DNA of 63,264 bases, filler included, from Hyphochytrium catenoides (GCA_900088475.1; 8 parts of 8 records of this genome joined end to end with filler, not necessarily neighbours in it), one strand, 5' to 3'; shown: positions 37,150-51,361, numbered from the whole stretch's first letter. The notes: generated by a model from the sequence alone, not told the origin. Program-made: numbers and translations.

Positions 37150-38055
37150 CTAGAGAAGAGGAGCGATGACGGCTATCTAATTGTCATTTTTCCTAATGTC
37201 TTCATCCTCCTGAACGAGACCACCGCATGTACCTCTAATTAATAGACAGGGAGATATTGACGTAACTTCTCTCTAGGAAAGATAAAGTGGACCAATAGAG
37301 CGCTCCATCGACANNNNNNNNNNNNNNNNNNNNNNNNNNNNNNNNNNNNNNNNNNNNTTAATTAATTAANNNNNNNNNNNNNNNNNNNNNNNNNNNNNNN
37401 NNNNNNNNNNNNNTTCTGGGGCCCAGGCAGAGGGAAGTCACAGAGAGAGAGAATGGGAAAGAGACAAGGAGAGAGACAGACCAAAAAGAGGAAGAGATAG
37501 AAAGCAAAGAAGAGAACTGTTAGAGAGAGAGAGTGATTGGGAAGACTTACTGAAAGAAAAGGAAGATGTAGAGAGTAAGAGAGAAAGAGTGCGAGGGGAG
37601 AGATAGAGAAAAAGAGAGAGAAGAGAGAAACAGAAAATAGGGGCTAGTTGGTTTCTAATTGGGCTAACCTCTCTCCACCCCCAAGGGAGGAGAGAGAAAT
37701 AATCATTAGCACTTTTATAAATAACGGGGAGAGAGAGNNNNNNNNNNNNNNNNNNNNNNNNNNNNNNNAGAGAGAGAGAGAGAGAGAGAGAGACAAGGAA
37801 GAAGAGAAATCATTGGAACCGAAACGAAGAGGGTGGGAGGCAACAGTGAGAGAGAGAGATGAAGAGAGAGGACGGAGAGAGCAAAGAGAAGAAGGGCACT
37901 TGAAACAGGATCTAGAAAGAGTGTGAGAAAGAAAGAAAGAGAGGAGTGGCGCCACAAGAGAGATATTAGACAGTAAGAGAGAGAGAGAGAGAGACAGAAA
38001 AGCGGAGAAGAGAGAGAGAGATGCCAACGCTACAAACAAGAAACACGTAAGAGTT

Positions 38056-38448
38056 CTAGCGCCAAAGAGGACGACCTTGCTCTTTCTCTCTCTCTTTCGT
38101 GTTTGCTTTCTTTAGAGAGGAGCGCAGCGAAGAGCTCTCATTACTTTCAGAAGAGAGAGGAGCCGGCACTCGACTGCTTCCTCTCTTTTCCAGGACAGGA
38201 CGAGAGAGAGAGAGAGAACGGCCCGCGCTGCGGAGAGAGCCAGGTGCTTGGAGTCTAGAGACAAAGCGAGAGGAAGAGAGAGAAGAAGAGAGACTTGTCT
38301 CGGAAAGTGCAAGTCCTTGCTCTGTTTTCTCTCCTGTCGTTGTTCGGGGAGAAAGGGGCCTCGTTCCATCTTTCCGGTTACTAGTAGGCAATAAAGAGAG
38401 AGAGACACAGCAGAGAGAGAGAGAGTGAAAGAGAGAGAGTGAAAAAAA

Positions 38449-38479
<31 letters not shown>

Positions 38480-39117
38480 AGAGATGGTCAGAGAGTTACC
38501 GGTGGAGACCAAGAGCCGGAGGAGAGTGAGCAGACAAAGACCAAAAAGCGAGACAGAGAGAAGGAGAAAGATAAGGTTACCGAAAGGGAGAGACATTATG
38601 AGAGAGAGAGAGAGAGACAGAGACCAAATAGCGAGCCAAAACTCTAGAAGAGAGAGAGAAAAAGAGAGCGGGAGAAGAGGACGACGAGAAAAACTTCTAT
38701 CAAAAGAGTTCAATAAAGGGGAAGGAGGACAAAGATAGACCGAGCGAGTGAGAGATATAGAGAGAGGAGTATAAAGAGAATTATGGAGAGAGAAAGAGAC
38801 ACTTGTAAGAAAATCTCCCTCTTTCTCTCATCGAATTCGGAGTTGTCTCTCCTCTTTTCTCACTCCCACCTTGTTTCTTCCCCTCCTTCCACCAGCGGAA
38901 GAGAGAGATCATCTAGTTCTCTCTCTCCTAGGGAAGAGAGTTCGCCTCTTGTACTCTGAGAGCTTGATTGCGTGGCCGTCTCTGTCTTTGATTTCGCACT
39001 TCCTGGCCTGCCTTGGGAAGAAGAAGAGGAAGAGAGAGACATTCTCTTTCTCTTCTCTTGCGCTTTCTTTTTCAGCTCCTGCAGTTGAGCTTTTAGCCTC
39101 TGATTCTCTGCCTCTCT
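38056..39117 (-). CDS. 3' exons of a hypothetical coiled-coil/Ser-rich protein (partial)
   Basis: Two exon-like blocks between microsatellite tracts: REAENQRLKAQLQELKKKAQEKRKR... and ...SSRFVSRLQAPGSLRS...GRPLWR*. Confidence 0.45.
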
Positions 39118-39547
39118 NNNNNNNNNNNNNNNNNNNNNNNNNNNNNNNAGAGAGAGAGAGAGAGAGAGAGAGAGAAGCAAGAAGGAGAGGATGGGGAGAA
39201 CAAAGACACAGACGGGAGAATCAATGAGAGAGTAAAGGAGAAAGACACAAACGGCGCAATGTAACGAGAAGAGACATGAAAGTGAGAATGGGGGAGAAAG
39301 AAAGAAACAGCGAGAGAGAGAGAATATCATGGAAAGAGTAAGGACCAGAGCGTGGAAGAGACAGAGGAGAGAAGAGGTCTACCGCCAGCCCAAGACCACT
39401 AAGCAAAAAGAAAGGAAGATGGAAAGAGAGAGAGAGAGAGAGAGAGANNNNNNNNNNNNNNNNNNNNNNNNNNNNNNNNNNNNNNNNNNNNTTAATTAAT
39501 TAANNNNNNNNNNNNNNNNNNNNNNNNNNNNNNNNNNNNNNNNNNNN

Positions 39548-39957
39548 GAATCTATGGAAAAACGTGAGCGCCGTGGGGAGAACGGACATACTTTTGATCT
39601 CCAGTCTGTCCACAATCTTTCTCATCAGGTCGCAGACAGAATATTGGTCGATCTCTCTTCTCTGCTGTTCAGAGAGAGAGTCTTCCATCGTCGCTCTCTT
39701 TCTCTCGCTCCCTCCTCCTCTCTCTCCCGTGTTTCTCTTTCTCTCTTCAGCGGGAGAGATCAAGGGAGAGAGAGAAGCGGAGAGGGGGAGAGGAGGAGGG
39801 AGCTTGTCTGGTTTGATCTCTCCCGCAGTGATTTTCTTCCAGAAGACAATGGTTTTCAGGTCAAAATATTGACGTTCTCGCCATGTCTCCAGCATCTTTA
39901 ACACTTTTCCCTTCTGTCCGCCCAGAGGCTGGCGCGCGCAGTCCTGTCGAGGAGAAC

Positions 39958-39994
<37 letters not shown>

Positions 39995-40374
39995 TGTGTG
40001 AGAAGGGAGAGAGAGAGAGAGAAAGAAAGCAAAGACGCAACGTGAAAAGGTGGATTGGACAAAGAGATAAATTCACTCTTNNNNNNNNCTCCCTCTCTCT
40101 CTTTCGTTCTTCATTGTCCTCTCTCACCTCTCCATCTCTTTTGCTCTCTCGATCTCTTCTTCTTCTCTCTCGCCTTCTCTCTCTCTCCTCTCTCTCCCAC
40201 TCTCCCTCTCTCTTCCTCTCTCTCTTCCGCTCACCTGTATAATGTCGGTGGTAAAGTTCTGCCAGCTCTTCTTTCTTCCCTTGTAGATGCCGCTCTCCTG
40301 GTGCTTGAAATATTCGTGAAGCACATACAAAGCGCACACTTTTACTTCCAACACTGTCCCAGGGCGACGGAGCC

Positions 40375-40417
<43 letters not shown>

Positions 40418-40448
40418 ANNNNNNNNNNNNNNNNNNAGGGAGGAGAGT

Positions 40449-40498
<50 letters not shown>

Positions 40499-40692
40499 AA
40501 GAGAAGGAGAGAGCAGAAGAGAGAGAGCAGAAGAGAAAGAGAAGGGAAGAGGAAGGGATAAAGGGGATACAAAGAGAGAAATAAGAAGAGGAAGAGCGCA
40601 TGAGAAGAGAGAAACAGAGAAAAAAAGAGAAAGGAACAGAGAAAGAAATAGAGAGGTAATGGGAGAAGAGAGCGGAAGAGAAACGAGAGAAG

Positions 40693-40739
<47 letters not shown>

Positions 40740-40916
40740 CGGAGAAGAGGATCAGGGCGGAGCAGAAATGAGGGAGAAAAGACAGAGAGAGAGAGAACAG
40801 GTGAGCATAAGGAGCAACAGACAGACTACATACAAAGAAGGTTACAGGGGCAGAAGAGGTGGAAGAACGGAAGAGAGAGACAGAGAGAGAGAGCATACCA
40901 AAGGAGAGAAGAGTGA

Positions 40917-40969
<53 letters not shown>

Positions 40970-41807
40970 TAGCAGGAAGAGAGAGAGAGAGAAGGCAAGC
41001 CACAATAATAGATGATGGGAGCTAGGAGAGAAAGTCTGGAGGGGAGAAAAGGTGTGGGCGGAGAAAGAAAAGAGAGCGACAGAAGGGAGGAAAAAGGATG
41101 GAGGTGAGCGGAAGAGAGAGAGAGAAAGAAAGAGGGGAGAATAAGAGAGAGAGCAACACGCAAGGAGGCAGAGAGAGAGAAGCATTGGGTCCAAATGGGC
41201 GATTAACAGTCTCTTCAAGACAGAGAAAGAGCAAGAGAACGCCAGAGACACAAAAGAGAAGAGAGAAAAAGAGAGAAAGAGACTCTACCTCTCTCCATTT
41301 TGCTTGAGCAGCTTTCTCTCTCTCTGGATGAGAGATCAGCCAGGCGACCACACTCCCAATCGTAGACTTTGTCACCTTTCCACCTGCAAAGAGAGAGATA
41401 AGACAGAGAAAGCGAAAGGAGGAAAGACAAGGACGACGCAGAGACCGAGAGAGAGAAAAAGAGAAGAGAGAGAAAAAGAGAAGAGAGAGAAATAGGAAAG
41501 AAAAAGAAGAGAGAGAGAGAGAGAGAAAGTAACGGAGCAACAGAAGCTAAAGAAAGACAAGGGCATGAGACGAGCTATAGATATTGACACTGAAAAACAG
41601 AGAAAGAGAGAGAGGGAGTTCAGGCGAGAGATAAAGAGAGAGACGGACGGAAAGAGAGAGAAACAGAGTGGGAGAGAGGGAGAGAGAGGGAGAAAAAGAG
41701 AGAGAGAGTAGAAACTAGCAGAGAGAGAACGTGGACGGGAAATAACAGCTCTGTTCCTTTTCACCTTGGCTGACCACCTTGTCCAGAGCAGAGGAGAAAG
41801 TCTCCAT
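39548..41807 (-). CDS. CID (RNA Pol II CTD-interacting domain)-cyclin fusion, 3'-partial; exons 41807-41765, 41383-41289, 40375-40235, 39943-39548
   Basis: All junctions are GT-AG and phase-consistent. The spliced protein reads METFSSALDKVVSQGGKVTKSTIGSVVAWLISH...KW...KVCALYVLHEYFK...KVLKMLETWRERQYF (CID pattern), then VCDLMRKIVDRLEIKSMSVLPTALTFFHRF (start of a transcription-cyclin box). Confidence 0.8.
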
Positions 41808-42341
41808 CGCTGCGGGAGAAGAACTGCGTCAGAAGCTGGTGTTCTCTCTTCCTTTCTCTCTCTCTCTCTATATATAGATATATATGTCTCTCTGTGTCTC
41901 TGTTCTCTCTCTCTCTCTGTTGGTATGGCGCTCGGGCACTCCGTTTACTGTCTTTCACAATCTCTANNNNNNNNNNNNNNNNNNNNNNNNNNNNNNNNNN
42001 NNNNNNNNNNNNNNNNNNNNNNNNNNNNNNNNNNNNNNNNNNNNNNNNNNNNNNNNNNNNNNNNNNNNNNNNNNNNNNCTCGCTGTCCATAATGCTATCA
42101 CAGGGAATAGCTGCCCGGAAGCCGAGTGGCTTTCTTCTCCGAGTCTCTCTCTCCTCTCTCTTTCTCCCTCTCTCTCTCCTTCTCTTTCTCGCTCTCTCTC
42201 TCTTTCTCTCCTTCGGGCGGAATATTTGATCTGAAGCCCTCGTTTACCTACATCACTTCCTTCTTCGAAGGAGGAAGAGAAGTCGAGACAGCGCTCTTCC
42301 GTCTCTCTCTCTCTTACTTTTTGCTCTTCCTCTCTCGCGCT

Positions 42342-42381
<40 letters not shown>

Positions 42382-42987
42382 TCTCTTTCTTTCTCCACTT
42401 CCCGCGCTGCTCACGGAGAATTATGATGCTTTCTGACCGAAAGGACAAGTGACAGAACAGAGATTGTGATCTTTCTCTTTGCTCGTCCTCATACAATAAC
42501 AGTCTTTCTGAGCCTAGCCAATCAGGCAGAGAGAGAGACAGAGAGAAGAGAGAGAGAAAGAGAAAGAGAGAGACAGAGAGAGAGAGAGAGGAGACAGAGA
42601 CAGAGACGGACGGAGAGAGAGAGAGAGATACAGGAAGAGAGCGACAAGGGGGAGAGAGAGANNNNNNNNNNNNNNNNNNNNNNNNNNNNNNNNNNNNNNN
42701 NNNNNNNNNNNNNNNNNNNNNNNNNNNNNNNNNGAGAGAGAGAGAGAGAGATAGAGAGAAAAGGAAACAGAGAGAGAGAAAACAGAGAGAGGGCAAAGCG
42801 CGAAACAAAAGAGATGTGCGTGCACCGACCTTACTCTAGTATCAGATGCGAGACAGAGTCGGCTGGACATAGCTTTCCCAGACCTTCCCCGGGAGCTGGC
42901 AGCATTCAAGATTGAGTTTCCTCCCGTTTTCTTTCTTCTACGCCTCTCTTTCTCTTTCTTTCTCTCTCTCTTTCTGTCTCTCTCTCT

Positions 42988-43034
<47 letters not shown>

Positions 43035-43409
43035 GTTTTCCTCTCCGTGTTGATGTTCCCTTGCAGGCCCGCAGCTTTTCTCACCTTGGCTCTCACAGTT
43101 TGAGATCTTCCTCTGTGGTCCGTTGACTCATATTGTCTCATCTATAAAAATAAATCTACGTTCTGTCTCTCTCTTTCTCTCTCTCTCCAGCTCCTTGCGT
43201 CCCCTCTCTCTCTCTCTCTCACCCGTATTTATAGTTGCGCCCTCCATCTGTTCATCTAGCTATCTAAAGGTTTACTGGGTGCTTGCTCTCTCTCTCTCTC
43301 TTCTCTCTCTCTCCCCGCTCTCTCTCCTCCCTCTCTCTCCTCTCTCTCTCGCTTCCTGATCCCTGATGCTTCTTCGCAGCCTTTCTCTCTTCGCCATTTT
43401 CCTGGCCTA

Positions 43410-44985
43410 ATGCCTCTCGCCCTACTTTCTCAGCCTCTCTCCCAGACTGGAGAGAGAGAAGGAGAAGAACAGGAAGAAGGGAGAGAGACGAGTGCAGGAG
43501 AGAGAGAAAGAACGGAGTCTCTCTCTCTCTCTTCTCCTCTGGAGGCTATTCTTCAGCCTCAAGTGTGGAAATGGAGGGTATTGAGGCGAAAGTTAGAAAG
43601 AGAAACAGAAGTCAGAGGAAGAAAGAGAAACAGCAGGTCCAACTAGAGTCTCTCTCTCCTTCTCTCTCTTCTTCTCTTCCCCCCGTCTCCTCCTCTCTCT
43701 CCCCAGCTCTACCTCCCCCTTCTTCCTCCTCTTCTCTCCCTCCTCAGGAGAGAAAGCCTCCAGCCAAGAAACAAGAGAGAGAGAAAGAGAAAAAGAAGAA
43801 TGAGAAACCAGGAGGGAGAAAGAGTAAAGCAGTCTCTTCTCTGCGTACCCTGTCGCAGCGAGGGAGAGGAAGAGGGAGAGGACGAGGGAGAGGGAGAGGG
43901 GGAGAGAGAGAGAGAGAACTTCTAGAAAGGCTCAAAGAGACAGACGTTGATGAAGAGCAAAACGAGGAGAGAAAGAAGAGGAGAAAAGAGAAAGAGACGG
44001 CGCCTTCTCTCTCGCGAGACAGAGCTAAGAAAAGGCCGCCAGCGCCACGGAAACCAATAGGAAGAGTCGATAAAGAGAGAGAAGAAGAGGGAGAGACAAA
44101 GACAAAGAGAAAGAGAGCACCCGCAGCGCCTAAAGTCAAGAGAGAGAGAAAGAGAGGACCAGCCGCTTCTCTCTCTCCTCAACCCCGCAGGGTAAAGAGA
44201 AAGGCTAAGGCTGCCNNNAAAGAGAAAGCACCAGCCTCTTCTCTCTCGGAGCAGAAAAAGAAGCTCGTGAGAGAGAGAAAGAAGCAACTTTCTCAAGCGC
44301 TAAAAGAAGGAAGTGCGAAGAAAAGGACTAGAGGAGAGACTCAAGGTAAGGACCATATCTCCTCAAGATAGACACCTCCCTCTCTCTCTCTTTCTCTCTC
44401 TCTCTCTCTTTCCCTTCTTCTGTCAGTCTTCTGTTCTCTCGTTGGTCTCTCGCTCTCAAGCACTTTCCTCTCTCTTTTCTTTTTTGTCTCTTTTGTTGCG
44501 TTCTCTCTTCCCTCTCTCTTGCTCTAGTTTACCTGCATTTATCTCGTTTTGACGGTCTTCCTTCTCGATGTGGCTCTGTCTCTACGTTCCGTTCTCTCTC
44601 TCTCTCTCTCTCTTCCTTTTACTCTCTTTCTCTCTCTCTCTCTCGTTGCCATCTCTATAATTTTTCGTTCAGTTCCTCTGCGAAGTGATCCAGGAATTCC
44701 ATTCACTTTTTTCCACCTTCTCTCTCTCTCTCTCTCTCTCTCACCCACACCTCATTTCCCTGACTCTGTCTATTTCTTTCGGCTTCGTGTGTGCAATGTC
44801 TCTCTCTCTCTCTCTTTCAGCAGAAGGAAAGGAGGTTGTGGGTGAGAGAGAAGGAGAGAAAGAAAGAGAAGAAGAGAGAAAGAGGAAGCAAAAGACAAAC
44901 CCGCTTCTCCATCCTATCACGGACTGGCCTTCTGACCACCGGTGTGACGGCTCTACCCCTTTCATTCATTGGCCATTTCTCTCTT

Positions 44986-45019
<34 letters not shown>

Positions 45020-45390
45020 CCTCTCTTTCTCTCTCTCTCTGTCTCTCTTTCTTTTTCTTTCTTTCATGGTTTTTTCCCTTCTTTTCTCTCCCCTCCCTCT
45101 TTCCTTCTCTCTGTCTCTCACATATGAGATGCATTCTTCCTCTCTTCTTCGGCACTTCCTCTGATCTTTCTCTCTATCTTTTGCTTTATTTTCTCCTGCA
45201 TCTCTCTCCCCATTCCTCTGTATCTCTCTTTTTCTGTCTGTTCTCTCTGCACCACTCCTCTCTCTCTCCCTTTCTCTCTCTCTCTCTTCGTCTTTTCTTC
45301 CTCCTTTTCATTATTCTGTTGCTCACATCGGATTTTATTGGCTTCCTTTGGAACCCTCCTCCTCTATTTCTCCCTGTTCCTGTCTCTCTA

Positions 45391-45427
<37 letters not shown>

Positions 45428-45836
45428 CCCCCCTGTCTCTCATTTATTTCCTGTCTGCCTCCCTTTTGCAGAGAGCTCGTAGGGTTGTCAGGTCTGTATG
45501 GGGCGGTGGTGGATGATGTGGTTCATAAGTTCTCTCTTCTTCTCGATTGGAGAGAAGAGAGAGAGAGAGAAAAAGAGAGAGAAACACCTGAAGAAGAGAG
45601 AGAGAACGACAATCTCCCACACAGAGCCGTGGCACTCAAGCTTTCTCAGGTTGTTTTACTTCTTCTTCTTCCTCCACATCCATTCTTCCCTCGTATCGCT
45701 CTCTCTCTCTCTTTCTCTCGCTCTCTCTCTCCTCCTGTTCTCGGCCGTCTTTCCATGTTGGTTTCTCTGTCTGTCTGTCTCTTCTCTTCCACTAGGTCAG
45801 CTTAAAAGCGTTTCTCTCCTCTTCTTTCTCTCCTCT

Positions 45837-45886
<50 letters not shown>

Positions 45887-46853
45887 CTCTCTTCCTCTCA
45901 ACATCCGTTGTCCTATCCTAGGTTTTTCACTTCCTTGCACTTTTTCGAGCACTGACTTCGTGCAATCTGATGTCTTTTCGCTCTTCTTTTCTCTCGCTCT
46001 CTCGCTCTCTCTCTCTACTTTTCTTCTCTCTCTCTTCTTTTTGGGTTGGTCTGTCTCTTGTCGTTGTAGAAGTGGAAGGCGCTTCTCTCTGGCATTCAAG
46101 GAAGAGAGAGACTTTCCGCTACCAAGAGAAAGTCCACTCTCTCTCCTTCTCCCCATTTGCCAGTTGGAGGAGAGAGAGAGAGGAGAGAAGAGAGAGAAGA
46201 AGAGAGACAATGGACAAATTATTGCTTTCCGCCTGGGCGCTTTGGAACGCCAGCGAAATATATGGTGAGAACAGAAGAGAGAGAGAAATCAGGGGGAGAG
46301 AGAGAGAGAGAGAGAGAGAAGGGGGGAAGGAGAGAGAGAGAGAAAAATAAGAAAGACGCATCTGGGTTGGCGACTAATCAGCACCAAAGGAGAGGTAGAG
46401 GGAGTAAGAGGAAGAGAGTGGGTGAGAAAGAAATTGTGTGGGAGGAAGAGGAGAGAGAGAGAAGAAGAAGAGTAATTTGTGAGAGACAGGAGAGTAGGGT
46501 GAGAGAGAGAGAGAAATAGAGAGTCTGAAGCTCACCTGTTTTGCTTGTCTCTCTTGCTTCCTTCTCTAGGCTCTCCCCGCCTTTCTTCAGCCCAAAACCT
46601 TGGGATATAGTGACGCTAGTCAGGTGAGTAGAGAACTAGCTTCTCTCTCTCTCTCTCTCTCTCACTCTCTCTCACACACGCACACACACATACTCTTTCT
46701 CTCTGTCTGTCTCTCTCTCTTCCCTCTCTCTTTCTCTCTTCTCTACTTTCGATCATTTTACTTCTTCTCTCCTGCTATATGGCTCCCTGCCTGACCTCTT
46801 AGGCCCTATTGCTTCTCTTCCCACTTCGCGTCTCCCCCCTTTGGAGCTTAAAC

Positions 46854-46907
<54 letters not shown>

Positions 46908-47514
46908 GTATGTCTCTGTTCGACCATCTGCTCACCCCACAAATTACTCTCTCTCTCTATCTCTATCTCACTCCTTTCTTCTTCTCTCTCTCTCTCTCCT
47001 CCAAAATTTCCTCAAATAGTCGGAAGATTCATCTTCACGAGAAAGACAAGAGCAGGAAGAGAAAGAAACAGAAGAGAGAGAGAGAGAAGACGCCCAAGAC
47101 GAAGAGAGAGAAGACACAGTAACACTTCCTTCCGCGCGAGACAGAGCAACAGACTTCTCTACCTGGATCACTGGGAATGCTGTCCGAATGAGCCAAAAGA
47201 GAGAGACAAGAAAGTTTCTGTTAAGCAGAGGAATTGGGCATCTTCTTCTTCCTCTCTCTTCCTTTCTCTCTTCCCCTCCCATAGGCGCCACTGTCGGAGT
47301 AAAAGATAGCACTTCCTCTTCTCTCTCTCCTGGTGTTCTTCTCTCTCTCTCCCCTACCTCGTCTCTTTCTTCTCCTCCCCAGGCAGAGGTGGAACTTCTT
47401 GCAAAGGGAGAGAGAGAGGGAGAGAGAACACTTCTCTCTTCCTCTCTTGTCTTTGTTCCTCGGGAGTTTTTAGCCATTGACTGTGATTGTGACTTTGACC
47501 TAAGGCTAACCTAA
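43410..47514 (+). CDS. multi-exon hypothetical Lys/Arg/Glu-rich protein
   Basis: A long basic exon ends at AAG|GTAAG (~44347). Phase-compatible exons follow at ~44821-44941, ~45472-45649, ~46070-46265, ~46570-46623 and ~47020-47514 (stop TAA). The start is uncertain and no family is recognised. Confidence 0.5.
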
Positions 47515-48073
47515 GTTATTCCAGCAAACCGCTCGGTTCCTTCTCTCTCTCTCTCTCTCTCTGCTCATTCTCTGTCTCTGTCGTTTTTGCTTCTTCTTGA
47601 GTCTCTCTCTCTCTTCTGTATTCACACACAGAGTCGGCTCTCCCGCGTTTCTTCTCCCATCCTCCTAGNNNNNNNNNNNNNNNNNNNNNNNNNNNNNNNN
47701 NNNNNNNNNNNNNNNNNGACTCTCACTCCTTTTCTTTCTCTCTCTCTTCCCCTTCCATTGAACTCTTGAGCAGGAGAGGCTCTCCTTCTCCCATTTTCTC
47801 CCTGTCACTACAAAGCGAGAGCTCCATTCCTTTATCTCTCTCTCTCTCTGGCTGCTCAGTGCGCCATGGTCTTCCCAATTCAAAATCTTTCGCCTACGTC
47901 TCTTCCTTTCTTCCACCCTTCTTCTCTTTCTCTCTCTCTCTGCCTCAAGAGTTGTGCCCCTCTCTCTCTTTCTCTCTTCGCGCGCGCTCTCTCTTCACTC
48001 CCTTTCTCTCTTTATTGCATCCTGAACTTCACNNNNNNNNNNNNNNNNNNNNNNNNNNNNNNNNNNNNNNNNN

Positions 48074-48900
48074 ATTGTCTTCCCGTTCACTTTTCCCTTC
48101 AAAAGGTTAAAGCTCACAACCGAGCAGTTCTGCATCTGAGGGAGAGAGAGAGAGAAAGAAAAAGTGTAAGAGAGCGAGAAAGAGAGAGAGAGAGAGAGAA
48201 CGCAAGGTAAAGAGGGGAGAGAGAGGAAAGAGAGAGAGAGAAATGGGAGGGGAGAGAGGAAAAAGAAGCAAGAGAGGACGGAGGAAACAGAAGAGAGAGA
48301 TTTCAATAACTAACAGCTCAGTATATCCAAGAAGGAGAGAGATGGATGGAAGAAGAGAGAGAGAGAGATGGTCTTGGACTTAGAAGGCAGGCAAAAAGGA
48401 GAGAGAGAGAGGCAAAAAGGCGAGACATCGACAGACACGGAAAGAAGAGAAGACGACGTCATAATTTAGGTGTCACTGGAGGTTCTGCGAGAGAATGGGA
48501 GATAGAGGGAGAGAGAAAGCAAAGAGAAAGAGAGGGGGAGAGAGAGAGGCAGAATAGAGGAGACATCGACAGAGAGGGAAAGAGAGAAGAAGACGCCATA
48601 ATTAGGTGTCACTGGAGGTTCTGTGAGGGACTGGAATACAGAGAGAGAGAAAAAGCAAAGAGAAAGAGAGGGAGAGAGACAAAGAGAGAGAGAGACGGAG
48701 AGAGAGGGAGAGAAAGAGAGACAGAGAGAGAGAGCCCAAAGAGGAAGAGAGGGAGACAGAGAGAGAGAGAGAGAGGGCAGTAGGGGGACCTTCTTCTCCT
48801 TCGCAATATGCTGGACTTGGTAGGGCAGAAAGGTTTTGAAGAAGAAGCGGAAATAGAGAGAATGTCCGACGGTGANNNNNNNNNNNNNNNNNNNNNNNNN

Positions 48901-48943
<43 letters not shown>

Positions 48944-51026
48944 GTGAAAAAGAGAGAGAAAGAGAGAGAAGGAGAAAAAGAGAGAGAGAGAGAAAGAAAA
49001 AAAAGAGAGAAAGAGAGAAAGAGAGAGAAAGGAAGAGAAAGAAAAAGAAAGAGAGAGAGAGAGAGAGAAAGAGAGAGAGCGCGCGAGAGAGAGAGGGAAA
49101 GAGAGAGAGAGAGAGAGAAAAGAGGGAGTGCGAGTGTGTGTGTGAGAGAGAGAGAGAGAGAGAAGGAGAAACGGAGAGCGAGCGTGAGGGGGAAAGGGAA
49201 GAGCAAGAGAGAGAGAAAGGGAGGAGGGCGAGACAGAGAGATAGGCACGAAAGAGAGAGAGACGAGAGATAATACGCGCGAGAGAGAGCCAACAGGGGAG
49301 CAGAGCAAATGGAAGAAACAGAGAGATATGAAGAACAGAGATCCCAGGAGAGAAAGAGACGACCCAGATTGCATCCTAGGAGAGAGACGGACTCGATTGC
49401 ATCGGCAACTCAATTTATGTCTCTCTCTCTCTCTTTCTCTCCTTGTAAATTTTGAGGAGACAGAAAGCAGCAGCAGGAACATATCAAGTTGCCTCCTCAA
49501 AATTTACAACGACACCTCTTCTCTCTCTCTGCGTCTCTGTCTCTCTCTCTCTCTCTCTCTCTTCCTTCTCTTACCGGTGTTAAGAGAGACATCATAAAGA
49601 GAAGTCTCGCTCCACTCTGGCCAGACATAAGGCTTCACAGAGTGAAGATCAGGAACCGCGCCCGGGGGAGCCAGAGCGTTCGCATCCACATTCCTGCTAA
49701 CTTCTTGCAGAGCGGAAGAGATATAAACTCTCTCTCCTCTCTCTTTGCTCAGTCTCCCCTGGAGAGAGATTGTGCAGGTTTCTATGGCTCGCCGAAGGTT
49801 AGAAGAGACAATGACAGAGCGCTCTGTCTCTGTTTTGGGTCGATTATATGGGAGAGAGAAGAGAGAGGGTATCACGACAAGGAAAGGGTCACGACAAGAA
49901 GAGAGAGAGAGAAAAGAGCGAGGGGAGGGATTCCAGGAGAGAGAGCGGGAGAGAGAGAGGAAGAGAGGAGAAAGAGAGAGGGGGAAATTTCAAAGAAAGA
50001 GAAAAAGAAAGAGATGGGGGGAGGGGGAGAGAGAGAGAGAAAGAGAGAGAGATCAGTAGACCAACTTCACTAAAGCTGCGCGCAGTCTTTAGCCCCAGTC
50101 TCCTTCTTCCCCTTTGCTTCCTCCCCTCTTTTCCCGAGCTTTACTTGCTGTCAACATCGCTTCTTCTCTCTCACTCTTCTTCCTTCTCTGCGTCCTCTTC
50201 CCCCGACAATCCCACCTTCTCTGTCTCTCTCTCTCTCTCTCCCTCTCGCTCTCTCTTCTTCTCTTCCCCATTCTCCCCTCCTTTTCTTTCACTCCCTCTT
50301 TTGGTCCTCTCTCTCTTTCTCATTCTGTCTCTTCTCTCTCTTTTCTCTTCTCTCTCTCTCTCTCTCTTGCTTTGTCTCTTCTCTCTCTAGGTCCCTCTTC
50401 TGCCCACCTGTCTCTTTCTCTCCATTGAGCAGAGCGATCACCTCCGCTTTCTTCGTGTTCTCGTTCGGAAGAGAGAGAAACTTTTGCAGTTCTCTCGCCT
50501 GACGGATACCGTCCTGATAATCGAATAAATATCAGTAACAGCGCCGGCTTAGTTATCAGTCCATGCCAAACCCGTACTTTGTTCAGCGAGGAATCAATGA
50601 ACACGGAGTCTCTAGTTATCAGCATTCGGATCTCACGGTAGATCGCCCATGCCAATCTCTTGATGAAGCTCGGACCAAAGCTGAACAGAGGCAGAGGGAG
50701 AGAGACAAGAGAGAGAGAGAGAGAAGACATATGAGAGAGAGAGACACACACACAAGAGAGAGAGAGGAGGGAGGAGAAAGTGAGAAAGAGAAAAGAGAGC
50801 GGGAGCGGGAGCGGTGCGAGAAGAGTCAGGTAAGAAGCAACAAAATGCTCAATGTGAAAGAGCGCCAGATGTCGACTCATTGATAAGTCTCTCTCTCTCC
50901 TCTCTCTCTCTCTCTCTGCCCCCTATCCTTCGTTTCCCTTGAGGCGCAGAGCATCTATTACTCACCCAGACGATAACCCCTCTCTCTCTTTCACACTCAC
51001 TACCCCTCGTTCTCTCTCTCTTTCCT

Positions 51027-51064
<38 letters not shown>

Positions 51065-51330
51065 TCCGTGTCTCTCTCTCTCTCCGTCCGTCGGCGTCCT
51101 TACCCCTTATTAAAGACCTCATTCCACTCTGACTCTCCATGTCTTATAAAGACAATGCGCTTGACCGCCGCCTCTGTCTCTTTCAAAAGCCCAGGATCCT
51201 CTGGCTTTTTCCATCTCTTGTCCTTTGAGAAGAGAAAGACAACGGCATTGATTTGTCCTAAGTAAATCTTATAGACAAAGTTCTCAAAGCCCTCGGGATT
51301 CGTAAAGGCCGTGTAGAGCAGGACTGCGGA

Positions 51331-51361
<31 letters not shown>

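Noticed and set aside
38056-39447. Continuation of the CID-cyclin gene across the spacer
   Set aside because: It lies on a different scaffold and its exons show no cyclin motifs.
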